32,000 nucleotides of DNA. Origin: Microcystis aeruginosa NIES-2549 (lineage in GTDB: Bacteria; Cyanobacteriota; Cyanobacteriia; Cyanobacteriales; Microcystaceae). Positions 1 to 8,527 of this stretch are shown here, one piece after another. Location of the stretch: assembly GCF_000981785.2 (NCBI RefSeq), contig NZ_CP011304.1, positions 3,270,001 to 3,302,000 of the forward strand, given 5' to 3'. Position numbers and translations under genes: made by a program. The notes under the pieces were generated by a model that saw only the letters and a program-made list of their open reading frames with translations, was not told the origin of the DNA and searched no databases. Position 1 is the stretch's first letter; the number at the start of each line of letters is the position of its first letter.

Positions 1-683
1 ACCATTCCGGCTACTTCTTCCGGTTTTCCATAACGGGAGAGGGGGATATATTTGAGAATTTCATCTGCTTTGAGGTCATGAGTCATATCGGTTTCAATAA
101 AGCCGGGGGCCACGGCATTAACAGTAATGCCTCGACTGGAAAATTCTTTGGCTAAAGTTTTCGTTAAACCGATAACACCAGCTTTAGCGGCGCTGTAATT
201 AGATTGACCCGGATTACCCATCAAACCGGATACAGAAGTGATGTTAATTATGCGGCCGCTTTTCTGTTTTAACATCAATTTACCGACGGCGCGAGTGCAG
301 AGAAAAACCCCGGTTAAATTGAGATCGATGACCGCTTGCCAGTCTTCTAATTTCATTCTTAACATTAGGGTATCCCGGGTAATACCGGCATTATTAACTA
401 AGACATCAATATGACCGAATTTTTCCTTGGTACTGTCCACTAAATTATCCACTTCTTCGCTTTTAGCCACATCTGCTTGTAGAGCGATTGCCTTTCCCCC
501 AGCCGCGGTAATTTCTTCGACAACGGCATCGGCAGCACTGCTAGATTTAGCATAGTTCACCACTACAGTAGCACCCTGGCTGGCTAATTCCAAGGCGATC
601 GCTTTACCGATTCCTCGCGAGGCCCCGGTTACTATGGCTACTTTGTCTTGTAAATGCTGGCATTCTGCGGGTAATAGTTTCAT
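1..683 (-). CDS. fabG: 3-oxoacyl-[ACP] reductase FabG (SDR family); C-terminus cut by window edge
   Basis: Not in the ORF track because it is open at the window edge. Reverse translation from ATG at 683 gives MKLLPAECQHLQDKVAIVTGASRGIGKA (TGxxxGIG Rossmann motif). It runs to ...NAVAPGFIETDMT...YGKPEEVAGMV at position 1, a classic FabG pattern. Confidence 0.9.
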   Translation of the reverse strand, partial: MKLLPAECQHLQDKVAIVTGASRGIGKAIALELASQGATVVVNYAKSSSAADAVVEEITAAGGKAIALQADVAKSEEVDNLVDSTKEKFGHIDVLVNNAGITRDTLMLRMKLEDWQAVIDLNLTGVFLCTRAVGKLMLKQKSGRIINITSVSGLMGNPGQSNYSAAKAGVIGLTKTLAKEFSSRGITVNAVAPGFIETDMTHDLKADEILKYIPLSRYGKPEEVAGM

Positions 684-836
684 AATTTTCTGCATTCCCC
701 AAATAATCGTCAAATCTCAAGAGAAAACTCTGTACTGATAACTTTGCTCAAAACAATTCATTATCTCACAAGCGGGTTAATTTGACCGCAGCCATCCTCA
801 AGTGCGATCGCTCTGTCCCCACTTTCCTGTATAGTA

Positions 837-1736
837 TCAGGGAGAATTGGCCGCCACTAATTGATCGAGTTGTTGCTGCATCAAATAACAGACTTTCTCA
901 TAACATTCGCGTACATAACGGCGGTCCCGGGCCGCTTTTTTGCCGTAACGTTCAAAAATAATTGGGGGACAAACCCGCGTCTGTATCGGCACAGGTAAGG
1001 GAATATTCGGCAAGGGACCGATAGCTAGTCCCCAGGGTAAACCGAAATAGATGGGACAGGTCCCGGGGTCAATACCGAAGGGCCAAGGCATACCCTGTTT
1101 ATGCAATTCTTTTAATTGAGGATAAATATCGTCGAGGACAAACAGGGTCGAGTGAGCGCCGTGGGAAATGGCGGGAATAATCGGCACTTCGTACTGTAAA
1201 GCTAGTTTAACAAAAGCTAGATTACCGGCAAAATGAATTTTATTTCTTAAACTGTGGGGACGGAAAACATCCGTAGCACCTCCTGGATAAATTAGTACAC
1301 TAGCACCACTATTCAAAGCTGCAATCGCCATTTTCGGATGTGCATGAACGGCCCCCATTTGGGCCGCTAGATTAGCTTGGGATGGAAAAACTCGCCAGAC
1401 TCGCGAATCCATCAAACCATAGATTAAGCGCTCGCTGCCAAAGCGCTGAAACCAATCATACATCATCATAAACATATCGGGAGCCGCTAAACCGCCGTTA
1501 TGGGAGCCGATGAATAATACTTGTCCTGAGGGGGGAATATTTTCCCAACCATCGGTTTTAACGCGAAAATAATGGTGATAAAACCAATCCAGAAGGGGGA
1601 CAAATTTTTCGATCACTTGCGGATCCCGATCCTCTAATGACCAACCGGTGAGGGTATCAACAGGGGCCTTGGCCGCTTGTAGGGATAATTCGGCAAAAGT
1701 CGCCGTAGATGAGACAAAAGAACTAAAAATCTGCAT
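837..1736 (-). CDS. Acyltransferase, lysophospholipid/glycerolipid acyltransferase-like superfamily
   Basis: 299 aa ORF with FIGSHNGG...D and YPGGATDVFR motifs that resemble acyltransferase motifs I and III. It lies next to fabG. The exact family is not resolved by eye. Confidence 0.55.
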   Translation of the reverse strand: MQIFSSFVSSTATFAELSLQAAKAPVDTLTGWSLEDRDPQVIEKFVPLLDWFYHHYFRVKTDGWENIPPSGQVLFIGSHNGGLAAPDMFMMMYDWFQRFGSERLIYGLMDSRVWRVFPSQANLAAQMGAVHAHPKMAIAALNSGASVLIYPGGATDVFRPHSLRNKIHFAGNLAFVKLALQYEVPIIPAISHGAHSTLFVLDDIYPQLKELHKQGMPWPFGIDPGTCPIYFGLPWGLAIGPLPNIPLPVPIQTRVCPPIIFERYGKKAARDRRYVRECYEKVCYLMQQQLDQLVAANSP

Positions 1737-1841
1737 TGATGCCCAGTTGATAATTTAAGCGCACCTTATTATCGCAAATTTCTGTTAAAAAACCCATCGT
1801 TTTAGAACGGCTTTCCTCGATAATTCTATCATTTTTAATGT

Positions 1842-2327
1842 CTAATCTTCACAGTTGAACCAATTTTTATCTAATAATTGCTCTAAACTGTAAGGACATT
1901 CTGAGGGAAAATCGCCAGAAAAACCAGTTTTTTGTTGAACATAATCGAAAGCATCCTGATAGATTATCGGTAATTCCTCAGCCAAATAATTCTGTAAATT
2001 CGTCGTTAAATATTTTCTTAATTGAGTGCGAAAACTGATAATTTCCGCTCGCCAATGATTCCGATTTATTTCGGCTTCTGTTGTCCAATATTGTAAAAGT
2101 AATAAATGCCTGATCACTTGTTCAAGTAAGCTACTGACTCGGTTTTTATCTCTTTTACTCAAGCTTTCTAATTCCTCAATTAAATGGATTACATCTAATT
2201 CATCTAAGCGATTTTCCTTGAGGATTTTTATTGTTTCCTCTAACCAGAGATGTTGATCGATTTCGTAAAGTAGAGGCAGGGTTTCTCCTCCCTCTACTTG
2301 CCAGGGATTCTGATTTAAAGTTTTCAT
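1842..2327 (-). CDS. DUF29 family protein
   Basis: 161 aa. LYEIDQHLWLEETIKILKENRLDELDVIHLIEELESLSKRDK...LLLLQYW is the characteristic DUF29 N-terminal pattern. It is paralogous to 28532..28999. Confidence 0.8.
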   Translation of the reverse strand: MKTLNQNPWQVEGGETLPLLYEIDQHLWLEETIKILKENRLDELDVIHLIEELESLSKRDKNRVSSLLEQVIRHLLLLQYWTTEAEINRNHWRAEIISFRTQLRKYLTTNLQNYLAEELPIIYQDAFDYVQQKTGFSGDFPSECPYSLEQLLDKNWFNCED

Positions 2328-2474
2328 TGAGTTGTTGGCGGTTTTTAATAGGAAATAAGCACCCTCATATATATATTAGGCCACTTTCTCCTAATTTTGA
2401 TAGTGACACAGGAAAAATCACCGTCCCGCCAATTCTCGTTCATAGTATCATTAGTGCATAGCCAATTTTGTAGG

Positions 2475-2498
2475 GTGCGTTAACGTAGTGTAACGCAC
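2475..2498. repeat. Small palindromic element (10-bp stem GTGCGTTAAC/GTTAACGCAC, 4-nt loop)
   Basis: Perfect inverted repeat preceded by TGTAGG. It resembles the short palindromic dispersed repeats common in cyanobacterial intergenic DNA. Confidence 0.6.
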
Positions 2499-2555
2499 GT
2501 CTTTACTGACTCAAGCTATTAAAATATGTCGGATGACTTAAAGATTGGGTTTAAT

Positions 2556-2960
2556 TTATAACTCTACCCAATTCTCTAAACTTAATCCTTCAACCCTCAA
2601 TAAATCACTGTCATTAGAAACAACAATTAAACTTTTAACTATAGCAGTAGCAGCAATTAAAATATCTTCTGTTTGTATGGGTAATCCTCTTAATCTAAGA
2701 TCAGCATGAATTTCGGCTGCTTTTTCTAAAATAGCTAAATCATCTAATAAAATAATTTGATAATCCTGAGAAAGTTTGTTAAATCTTTCTCTTTGTTTAG
2801 GTGCAGCAACTGCCAAAAATCCTCTCTTAATTTCAAAATAAGTAATGCAACTGATAAAGATACTTTTTCTTTGAGCTTTGACATCTTCAATTTTTTGATA
2901 AACTTTAAGATCACGCTTAATAATCAAAGAAACGATATTAGTATCTAACAAATAACTCAT
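2556..2960 (-). CDS. vapC: PIN-domain ribonuclease toxin VapC
   Basis: 134 aa. N-terminal MSYLLDTNIVS (first acidic residue of the PIN fold) and C-terminal VVSNDSDL. It starts 6 nt downstream of a small upstream ORF. Confidence 0.85.
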   Translation of the reverse strand: MSYLLDTNIVSLIIKRDLKVYQKIEDVKAQRKSIFISCITYFEIKRGFLAVAAPKQRERFNKLSQDYQIILLDDLAILEKAAEIHADLRLRGLPIQTEDILIAATAIVKSLIVVSNDSDLLRVEGLSLENWVEL

Positions 2961-2966
2961 AATTAC

Positions 2967-3263
2967 CTATTTACGCTTAATTGCTTCATCGAAAATAGCC
3001 ATTTGTTCAGGAGTAAAATCACCGCCAATTTTTGACAGGATTTCTGTGGACATAATAAAGCTACAATGCTCTTTCAATTCTGCCTCTGACATAGTGTTAA
3101 ATTCCTCAAAAGGTAAATTTTTTTCAAATAATTCAACCAAATGTTTCACTATTTCTGAATAATTAAGCTCCTCTTTAAAGAAAGGACGGTCTTCCATTAA
3201 AATAGAAACAACTTGCTCAATTCTCTTAATCATCGATTTTTGTCTGACATCAGTTGATAACAT
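2967..3263 (-). CDS. Putative antitoxin partner of VapC (family unknown)
   Basis: 98 aa acidic helical protein. Its stop is 6 nt before the vapC start, giving an operon arrangement typical of type II TA. Confidence 0.5.
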   Translation of the reverse strand: MLSTDVRQKSMIKRIEQVVSILMEDRPFFKEELNYSEIVKHLVELFEKNLPFEEFNTMSEAELKEHCSFIMSTEILSKIGGDFTPEQMAIFDEAIKRK

Positions 3264-3539
3264 ATTTATGCCGCCAGTAAATTTTCAATAATATTTATCA
3301 ACTGCCAATATATCAAGTTTCTCGTGGTTATGCAACATCGTGAGTTCGATCTCGAATAGATCCCTGTAACGGTGTCTTGAGTGGGATGTATCACCATTCT
3401 CATCCGATGGTGATTTCTACCATGTCGAAACTGTTTGGGGTGAAGATGTCTTTATGGTTAAAAGACCCCAAGGGACGCACCTTGTCAGACGAGGACATAT
3501 CACACTATCCTTATGATAGTAGTAACCTTAGCCGAAACC

Positions 3540-3797
3540 ATGAAAACAATTAGTTTTAAAACCCATGTAGGAGAAGATGGAACATTACAAATATCTTTAC
3601 CGCCTGAACTTAAAAACACAGATTTAGAAGTTACCTTAGTTTATCAGCCAATATCTCTAAAAGAACAAGAAGAAAAAACTACATTTAGCCAATGGCAAGA
3701 AGGCTTTTTTGAAGAAGTAATTGGCGGTTGGGAAGGTGAATTATTAGTAAGAGAAAAACAGCCAGATTATGAGGAAAGAGCGATCAAGAATGATTGA
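3540..3797 (+). CDS. Small antitoxin-like protein (85 aa from ATG 3540; the ORF is open from 3513)
   Basis: MKTISFKTHVGEDGTLQISLPPELKNTDLEV... then an acidic tail GGWEGELLVREKQPDYEER. From memory this resembles small cyanobacterial VapB-like antitoxins. Its stop overlaps the start of the next gene (ATGATTGA). Confidence 0.4.
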   Translation: MKTISFKTHVGEDGTLQISLPPELKNTDLEVTLVYQPISLKEQEEKTTFSQWQEGFFEEVIGGWEGELLVREKQPDYEERAIKND

Positions 3798-4566
3798 GGA
3801 TAAAAATCAGCAAACCTATAGAGACCCTAGTATTGTCGGTTATTATGCCCAATTAACCGCACTACAGCCAGCAGAAAAGACAATTTTAACTCTGCTGCAA
3901 GAGCGTTTATCAACCATGAAAATGCTTGATTTAGGGGTAGGTGCGGGACGAACTACGAAGTATTTTGCCCCTCTTGTGGGAGAATATATCGGTGTTGATT
4001 ATTCTGCGGAAATGATCGCCGCTTGTCGTCAAAAATTCCCCCATTTAGTCTGGCAAGTGGCCGATGCTAGAAATCTAGAACAATTTGCCGATAATTATTT
4101 TGATTTTATTCTCTTTAGTTTTAATGGCATTGATTATATTTCCCCTGCTGACCGTTTTCTAGTTTTAGAGGAAATTAGCCGCATCGGTAAAGCGGGTGGT
4201 TATTTTTGTTTTTCTAGTCATAATCTTCAGGGAATTATCCCAGAATTCGATTGGAAAAAAAAGATTAGTTTGAATCCTTTTAGTAGCTATGTAAATTTAG
4301 TCCTCTGGGTGATTTTGCGTGCCTGTAATCCCTCTCTTAGCTACCAACAGTTATTGACTGCTGACTATGCAATTATTCGGGATGAACCCCATAATTTTCG
4401 TCTCCAAAATTATTACGCCACCCCCAAAGAACAATTAAGACAGTTAAGGTCTTACTTTCAAGAGATTAAAATTTATTCTTGGAAAACCGGTCAGGAAATT
4501 AAAAGCGAACAAGAGTTAAATACTAATCTTGATCATTGGCTTTATTATCTCTGTGTTCTTCCCTAA
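3790..4566 (+). CDS. Class I SAM-dependent methyltransferase
   Basis: Motif I LDLGVGAGRTT, then YIGVDYS and the acidic post-motif region. ATG at 3790 gives an 8-nt overlap with the upstream ORF. ATG at 3769 is an alternative start. Confidence 0.8.
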   Translation: MIEDKNQQTYRDPSIVGYYAQLTALQPAEKTILTLLQERLSTMKMLDLGVGAGRTTKYFAPLVGEYIGVDYSAEMIAACRQKFPHLVWQVADARNLEQFADNYFDFILFSFNGIDYISPADRFLVLEEISRIGKAGGYFCFSSHNLQGIIPEFDWKKKISLNPFSSYVNLVLWVILRACNPSLSYQQLLTADYAIIRDEPHNFRLQNYYATPKEQLRQLRSYFQEIKIYSWKTGQEIKSEQELNTNLDHWLYYLCVLP

Positions 4567-7435
4567 TATTATCCCGCTTTTTTGGGGGATATTGAAGTAA
4601 TGCTTGGGCAAGATAATGACCGGTGTAGGATTTTTCACATTTAGCCACGGTTTCCGGTGTTCCCACCGCGATTAATTCTCCTCCCTTGTCCCCTCCTTCC
4701 GGTCCCAAATCAATAATCCAATCGCTACAGCGAATCACGTCGAGATTATGTTCGATGACGATAATCGAATTACCTTTATCGACCAATCTTTGTAACACAT
4801 CTAAGAGATGATGCACATCATAAAAAGATAAACCCGTAGTCGGTTCATCGATCAAATATAGAGTTTTTCCCGTGGCCCGTCGGGATAATTCGGCCGCTAA
4901 TTTTACCCTTTGCGCTTCCCCACCGGATAAAGTGGGCGCACTTTGACCGAGTTTACAGTATCCTAAACCCACATCCACGAGAGTTTGTAATCTGGTGGTG
5001 GCCCGGGGGACATTTTCAAAGACCTTTAATGCTTCCTCGATCGTCATATCTAAGACATCGGCGATCGAATAACCTTTATACTTAACCTGTAGGGTTTCCC
5101 GATTATAACGCGCCCCTTTACACACATCACACTGCACATAGACATCGGGGAGAAAATTCATCTCGATGACGTTTACCCCTTGGCCTAGGCAAGCTTCACA
5201 GCGTCCTCCCTTAACATTAAAAGAAAACTGCCCCGCTTTGTAACCCCTAGCTTTTGCTTCGATGGTTTCGGTGAAAATCTCGCGAATAATGTCAAAAACC
5301 CCCGTATAGGTAGCAGGATTTGACCGAGGAGTGCGTCCTATCGGTGATTGGTCGATGACAATTACTTTATCAACCGCGTCCAATCCTTCCACTTTCTCTA
5401 ACTCTTTGGGGAAGGGAGTTAAACGGGTTAAATGATGTTGTAAAGCCGGATATAATAACTCATTAATTAGGGTAGATTTGCCCGAACCAGATACCCCCGT
5501 AATCGAGACTAATTTTCCTAAAGGAATCGTTACATCAATATTTCTTAGGTTATTTTGATGGCAATTTTTTAAGACTAAAGCATTACCATTCCCAGACCTT
5601 CTTTGGTGAGGAGTTTCAATAACTTTGCGTCCCGATAGGTAGGCCCCTGTTATCGATTTTTTGGACTTTAAAAGGGTTTTAAAACTGCCTTGACAGATGA
5701 TTTCTCCGCCATGAATCCCCGCTTTCGGCCCGATATCGACCACATAATCGGCTGCCCGAATCGTTTCTTCATCGTGTTCAACGACGATTAAAGTATTACC
5801 TAAATCTCGCAATCTTTGCAGGGTTTCTAACAGTTTACTATTATCTCTTTGGTGTAATCCGATGCTAGGTTCATCGAGAACGTATAAGACTCCTGTTAAT
5901 CCCGAACCGATTTGGGTGGCTAATCGAATTCGTTGGGATTCTCCCCCAGATAAAGTCATTGCCGGTCGATCGAGGGTAAGATAATCTAATCCCACATCGA
6001 TTAAAAATTGTAGTCTCGCTTTGATTTCTTTGATGGCTAATTCCCCAATTAATGCTTGTCTTGGGGTTAAATGACAATCATTAATTCTCTGCAAACAATC
6101 CCGAATGGGAACTCTGGTAAAATCCGTGATCGTATATTGTCCTAAACGTACCGATAAAGCTTCTGGTTTTAATCTTTTTCCGTGACAAACTTCGCAGGTT
6201 TGGTTAACAATATATTTCTCTAGTCTTTGTTTGATAACTTCCGAGGTGGTTTCTTGATAATTTCTATCTAAGATATTGATAACTCCGGCAAATTCTCGAT
6301 AGTAACCGCGACCAGTATCGTAACGGTAATCATCTTCAAAATAGATCGGTTCTTTACTACCATAGAGAATGATATCTTGCTGGGTTTTTGTTAGTTTCTG
6401 CCAAGGAGTTTGGATTTCAAAACCTAAAGCTTGCCCTAAACCGTAGAGGAGAGAAAGATAGTAGGAATTATCCTTATCTGACCAGGGGGCAATAGCAGAA
6501 TAAACCGGTTGTTTCGGGTCTGGAATGACTAAATCTGCTGAAAATTTCCGTAAACTGCCCAATCCGTGACAGTTGGGACAAGCACCATAGGGAGAATTAA
6601 AAGAGAATAAACGGGGGGATAATTCTTCCATAACTGCCCCGTGTTCGGGACAGGCAAATTTTTCGGAAAAGACAATTTCTTTGGTAACTTCGGGATTATC
6701 TTCGTTCTTCTCATCGAGAATTTCCACAATCGCTACACCGTCGGAATGCTTTAAACAAGTGGTTAAAGAATCCACTAATCTTTCCTGTAAACCCTCTTTT
6801 TTGATCAGGCGATCGATAACAATTTCAATATCATGAAGATGTTTTTTATCTAACTCGATGCCCTCGGATAATTCTACTACCTTGCCGTCAATCCGCACCC
6901 GGGCAAAGCCTTGGGAGGCCAAACTAGAGATTAATTGCTTATGGGTGCCTTTTTTGCCGCGAATTACTGGGGCCAAGATTTGAAACCGGGTTTTATCGGC
7001 TAATTCCATCACTCGATCGCACATTTGATCGATGGTTTGGGGGGCAATATTGCGATCACAATGGGGACAATGGGGTTCACCGGCACGACCGAACAATAAA
7101 CGCAAGTAATCGTAAATTTCCGTAACAGTTCCCACACTAGAGCGGGGATTGTGGGAAGTGGATTTTTGGTCGATGGAAATAGCCGGACTTAAACCCTCGA
7201 TCGCATCCACATCGGGTTTATCTAATTGTCCTAAAAATTGCCGTGCGTAGGCGCTGAGGGACTCCACATAGCGGCGCTGTCCCTCGGCAAAAATGGTGTC
7301 GAAAGCGAGGGAAGATTTGCCCGATCCCGAAACTCCCGTAAAAACAATCAACTGATTGCGGGGTAATTCGAGATCAACATTTTTGAGATTGTGTTGTCGA
7401 GCGCCACGGATACGGATTGAGTCAGTTTGAGCCAT
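4523..7435 (-). CDS. uvrA: Excinuclease ABC subunit A
   Basis: Two ABC ATPase modules (GVSGSGKSSLAF and GVSGSGKSTLI Walker A; LSGGESQR and LSGGEAQR signatures) plus CxxC zinc modules. The likely start is MAQTDSIRIRGARQHNL at 7435; the ORF is open to 7462. Confidence 0.97.
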   Translation of the reverse strand: MAQTDSIRIRGARQHNLKNVDLELPRNQLIVFTGVSGSGKSSLAFDTIFAEGQRRYVESLSAYARQFLGQLDKPDVDAIEGLSPAISIDQKSTSHNPRSSVGTVTEIYDYLRLLFGRAGEPHCPHCDRNIAPQTIDQMCDRVMELADKTRFQILAPVIRGKKGTHKQLISSLASQGFARVRIDGKVVELSEGIELDKKHLHDIEIVIDRLIKKEGLQERLVDSLTTCLKHSDGVAIVEILDEKNEDNPEVTKEIVFSEKFACPEHGAVMEELSPRLFSFNSPYGACPNCHGLGSLRKFSADLVIPDPKQPVYSAIAPWSDKDNSYYLSLLYGLGQALGFEIQTPWQKLTKTQQDIILYGSKEPIYFEDDYRYDTGRGYYREFAGVINILDRNYQETTSEVIKQRLEKYIVNQTCEVCHGKRLKPEALSVRLGQYTITDFTRVPIRDCLQRINDCHLTPRQALIGELAIKEIKARLQFLIDVGLDYLTLDRPAMTLSGGESQRIRLATQIGSGLTGVLYVLDEPSIGLHQRDNSKLLETLQRLRDLGNTLIVVEHDEETIRAADYVVDIGPKAGIHGGEIICQGSFKTLLKSKKSITGAYLSGRKVIETPHQRRSGNGNALVLKNCHQNNLRNIDVTIPLGKLVSITGVSGSGKSTLINELLYPALQHHLTRLTPFPKELEKVEGLDAVDKVIVIDQSPIGRTPRSNPATYTGVFDIIREIFTETIEAKARGYKAGQFSFNVKGGRCEACLGQGVNVIEMNFLPDVYVQCDVCKGARYNRETLQVKYKGYSIADVLDMTIEEALKVFENVPRATTRLQTLVDVGLGYCKLGQSAPTLSGGEAQRVKLAAELSRRATGKTLYLIDEPTTGLSFYDVHHLLDVLQRLVDKGNSIIVIEHNLDVIRCSDWIIDLGPEGGDKGGELIAVGTPETVAKCEKSYTGHYLAQALLQYPPKKRDNIREEHRDNKANDQD

Positions 7436-7484
7436 CGGACGGTGCCAAGTAGTCCTTAACAATCATAGCCTTGATGAATGGGTT

Positions 7485-8345
7485 TCAGCTACTAGAAAAC
7501 GAGTCTTCTATCATATCAGAAGATTCCAGGGGATAAACCGCTCTTTCGAGAAAATCGCGGATATCCCGATCGGCCCCAGGACAACAGCTATGACTCGCTT
7601 CTTCTTCTTCTTCTAAATGGGCTAAAACTGGGCAATTAATCCGATAATCTGGTTCTTTTGACCGTTCTAGCCGCAATTCGTACACTTGTTTTTCCAGTTG
7701 TTCGATGCGGTCCACCAGAGCGCGAATAGCCACCGCTTCCGAGTCGGGTAAATCACCGTGTTCGAGAGGTTGCACCCGCGTCCCGGCCCGATAGATTAAA
7801 CGACCGGGTACACCAACAACGGTACAATCGGCAGGAATATCGCGCAGCACCACAGAACCAGCACCGACGCGAACGTTATTACCCAGATAAATATTACCTA
7901 AAACCTTGGCCCCAGCGCCGACGACCACATTTTCCCCTAGAGTCGGATGACGTTTACCGCTTTCTTTCCCCGTCCCTCCTAAAGTAACTCCTTGATAGAT
8001 GAGGGCATAATCACCGATAATGGCGGTTTCTCCGATGACAACTCCCATGCCATGGTCGATAAAAACACCCTGACCTATTTGGGCGCCGGGGTGAATTTCG
8101 ATACCAGTCAGAAAACGGGCAAAATGGGAAATTAAACGGGGAATAAAGGGAATCCCGATCTGATATAGCCAATGGGCGAAGCGATGGCACAGTAAAGCCT
8201 GTAATCCAGGATAACAAAACAGTACCTCTAACCAGTTGCGGGCAGCGGGGTCACGTTCAAAAATGATCTTGAAATCGGCTAGGAGAGTAGATAACACGAG
8301 TCTTGATTCCATATTGATCGAGCTTATACTAAACCATGTTATCAC
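7485..8345 (-). CDS. cysE: Serine O-acetyltransferase with extended C-terminal tail
   Basis: ERDPAARN...YPG N-terminal SAT domain followed by left-handed beta-helix hexapeptide repeats (GIEIHPGAQIG, GVVIGETAIIG, GENVVVGAGAKVLG). Confidence 0.9.
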   Translation of the reverse strand: MITWFSISSINMESRLVLSTLLADFKIIFERDPAARNWLEVLFCYPGLQALLCHRFAHWLYQIGIPFIPRLISHFARFLTGIEIHPGAQIGQGVFIDHGMGVVIGETAIIGDYALIYQGVTLGGTGKESGKRHPTLGENVVVGAGAKVLGNIYLGNNVRVGAGSVVLRDIPADCTVVGVPGRLIYRAGTRVQPLEHGDLPDSEAVAIRALVDRIEQLEKQVYELRLERSKEPDYRINCPVLAHLEEEEEASHSCCPGADRDIRDFLERAVYPLESSDMIEDSFSSS

Positions 8346-8527
8346 TCCGGTACAATCAGCCGTTCAACTAAAAATCGATCGAGGAGCCTCTTTTCCTAGT
8401 TCGCTTTTACTGTTCTCGGCCAAATTTTGAAGATATCCTTAATTTCTCTCCTGTTTAATCTTCCTTTAACTTGGGGCTGAAAAAATGCTATTGTTTAGCG
8501 TTTTTTTGCAAGGTTTCAGCTAAAAAT

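Noticed and set aside
3330-3512. Possible gene fragment (frame reading LEWDVSPFSSDGDFYHVETVWGEDVFMVKRPQGTHLVRRGHITLSL) and a tRNA T-arm-like GTTCGATC string
   Set aside because: The frame has no start codon and is preceded by a stop, and I could recognise no family. The T-arm-like string lacks the rest of a cloverleaf. It may be a decayed gene, but the evidence is insufficient.
4523-4566. 44-nt convergent overlap of the uvrA and methyltransferase 3' ends
   Set aside because: It is plausibly genuine but unremarkable. The uvrA tail is a non-conserved basic/acidic extension, and small convergent overlaps are common.
5871-6729. Short ORFs nested inside uvrA. Similar nested or antisense ORFs are 2231..2461, 2757..2948, 8011..8217, 8236..8430, 8957..9257, 10074..10307, 11061..11729, 11991..12308, 12721..13008, 12750..12983, 14774..14980, 15583..15789, 17055..17336, 19626..19856, 20118..20309, 22876..23064, 24476..24679, 27541..27723 and 29712..30108.
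   Set aside because: They are alternative-frame or antisense ORFs within well-supported genes, or they span obvious intergenic and repeat DNA. They have no motifs and are most likely chance ORFs.
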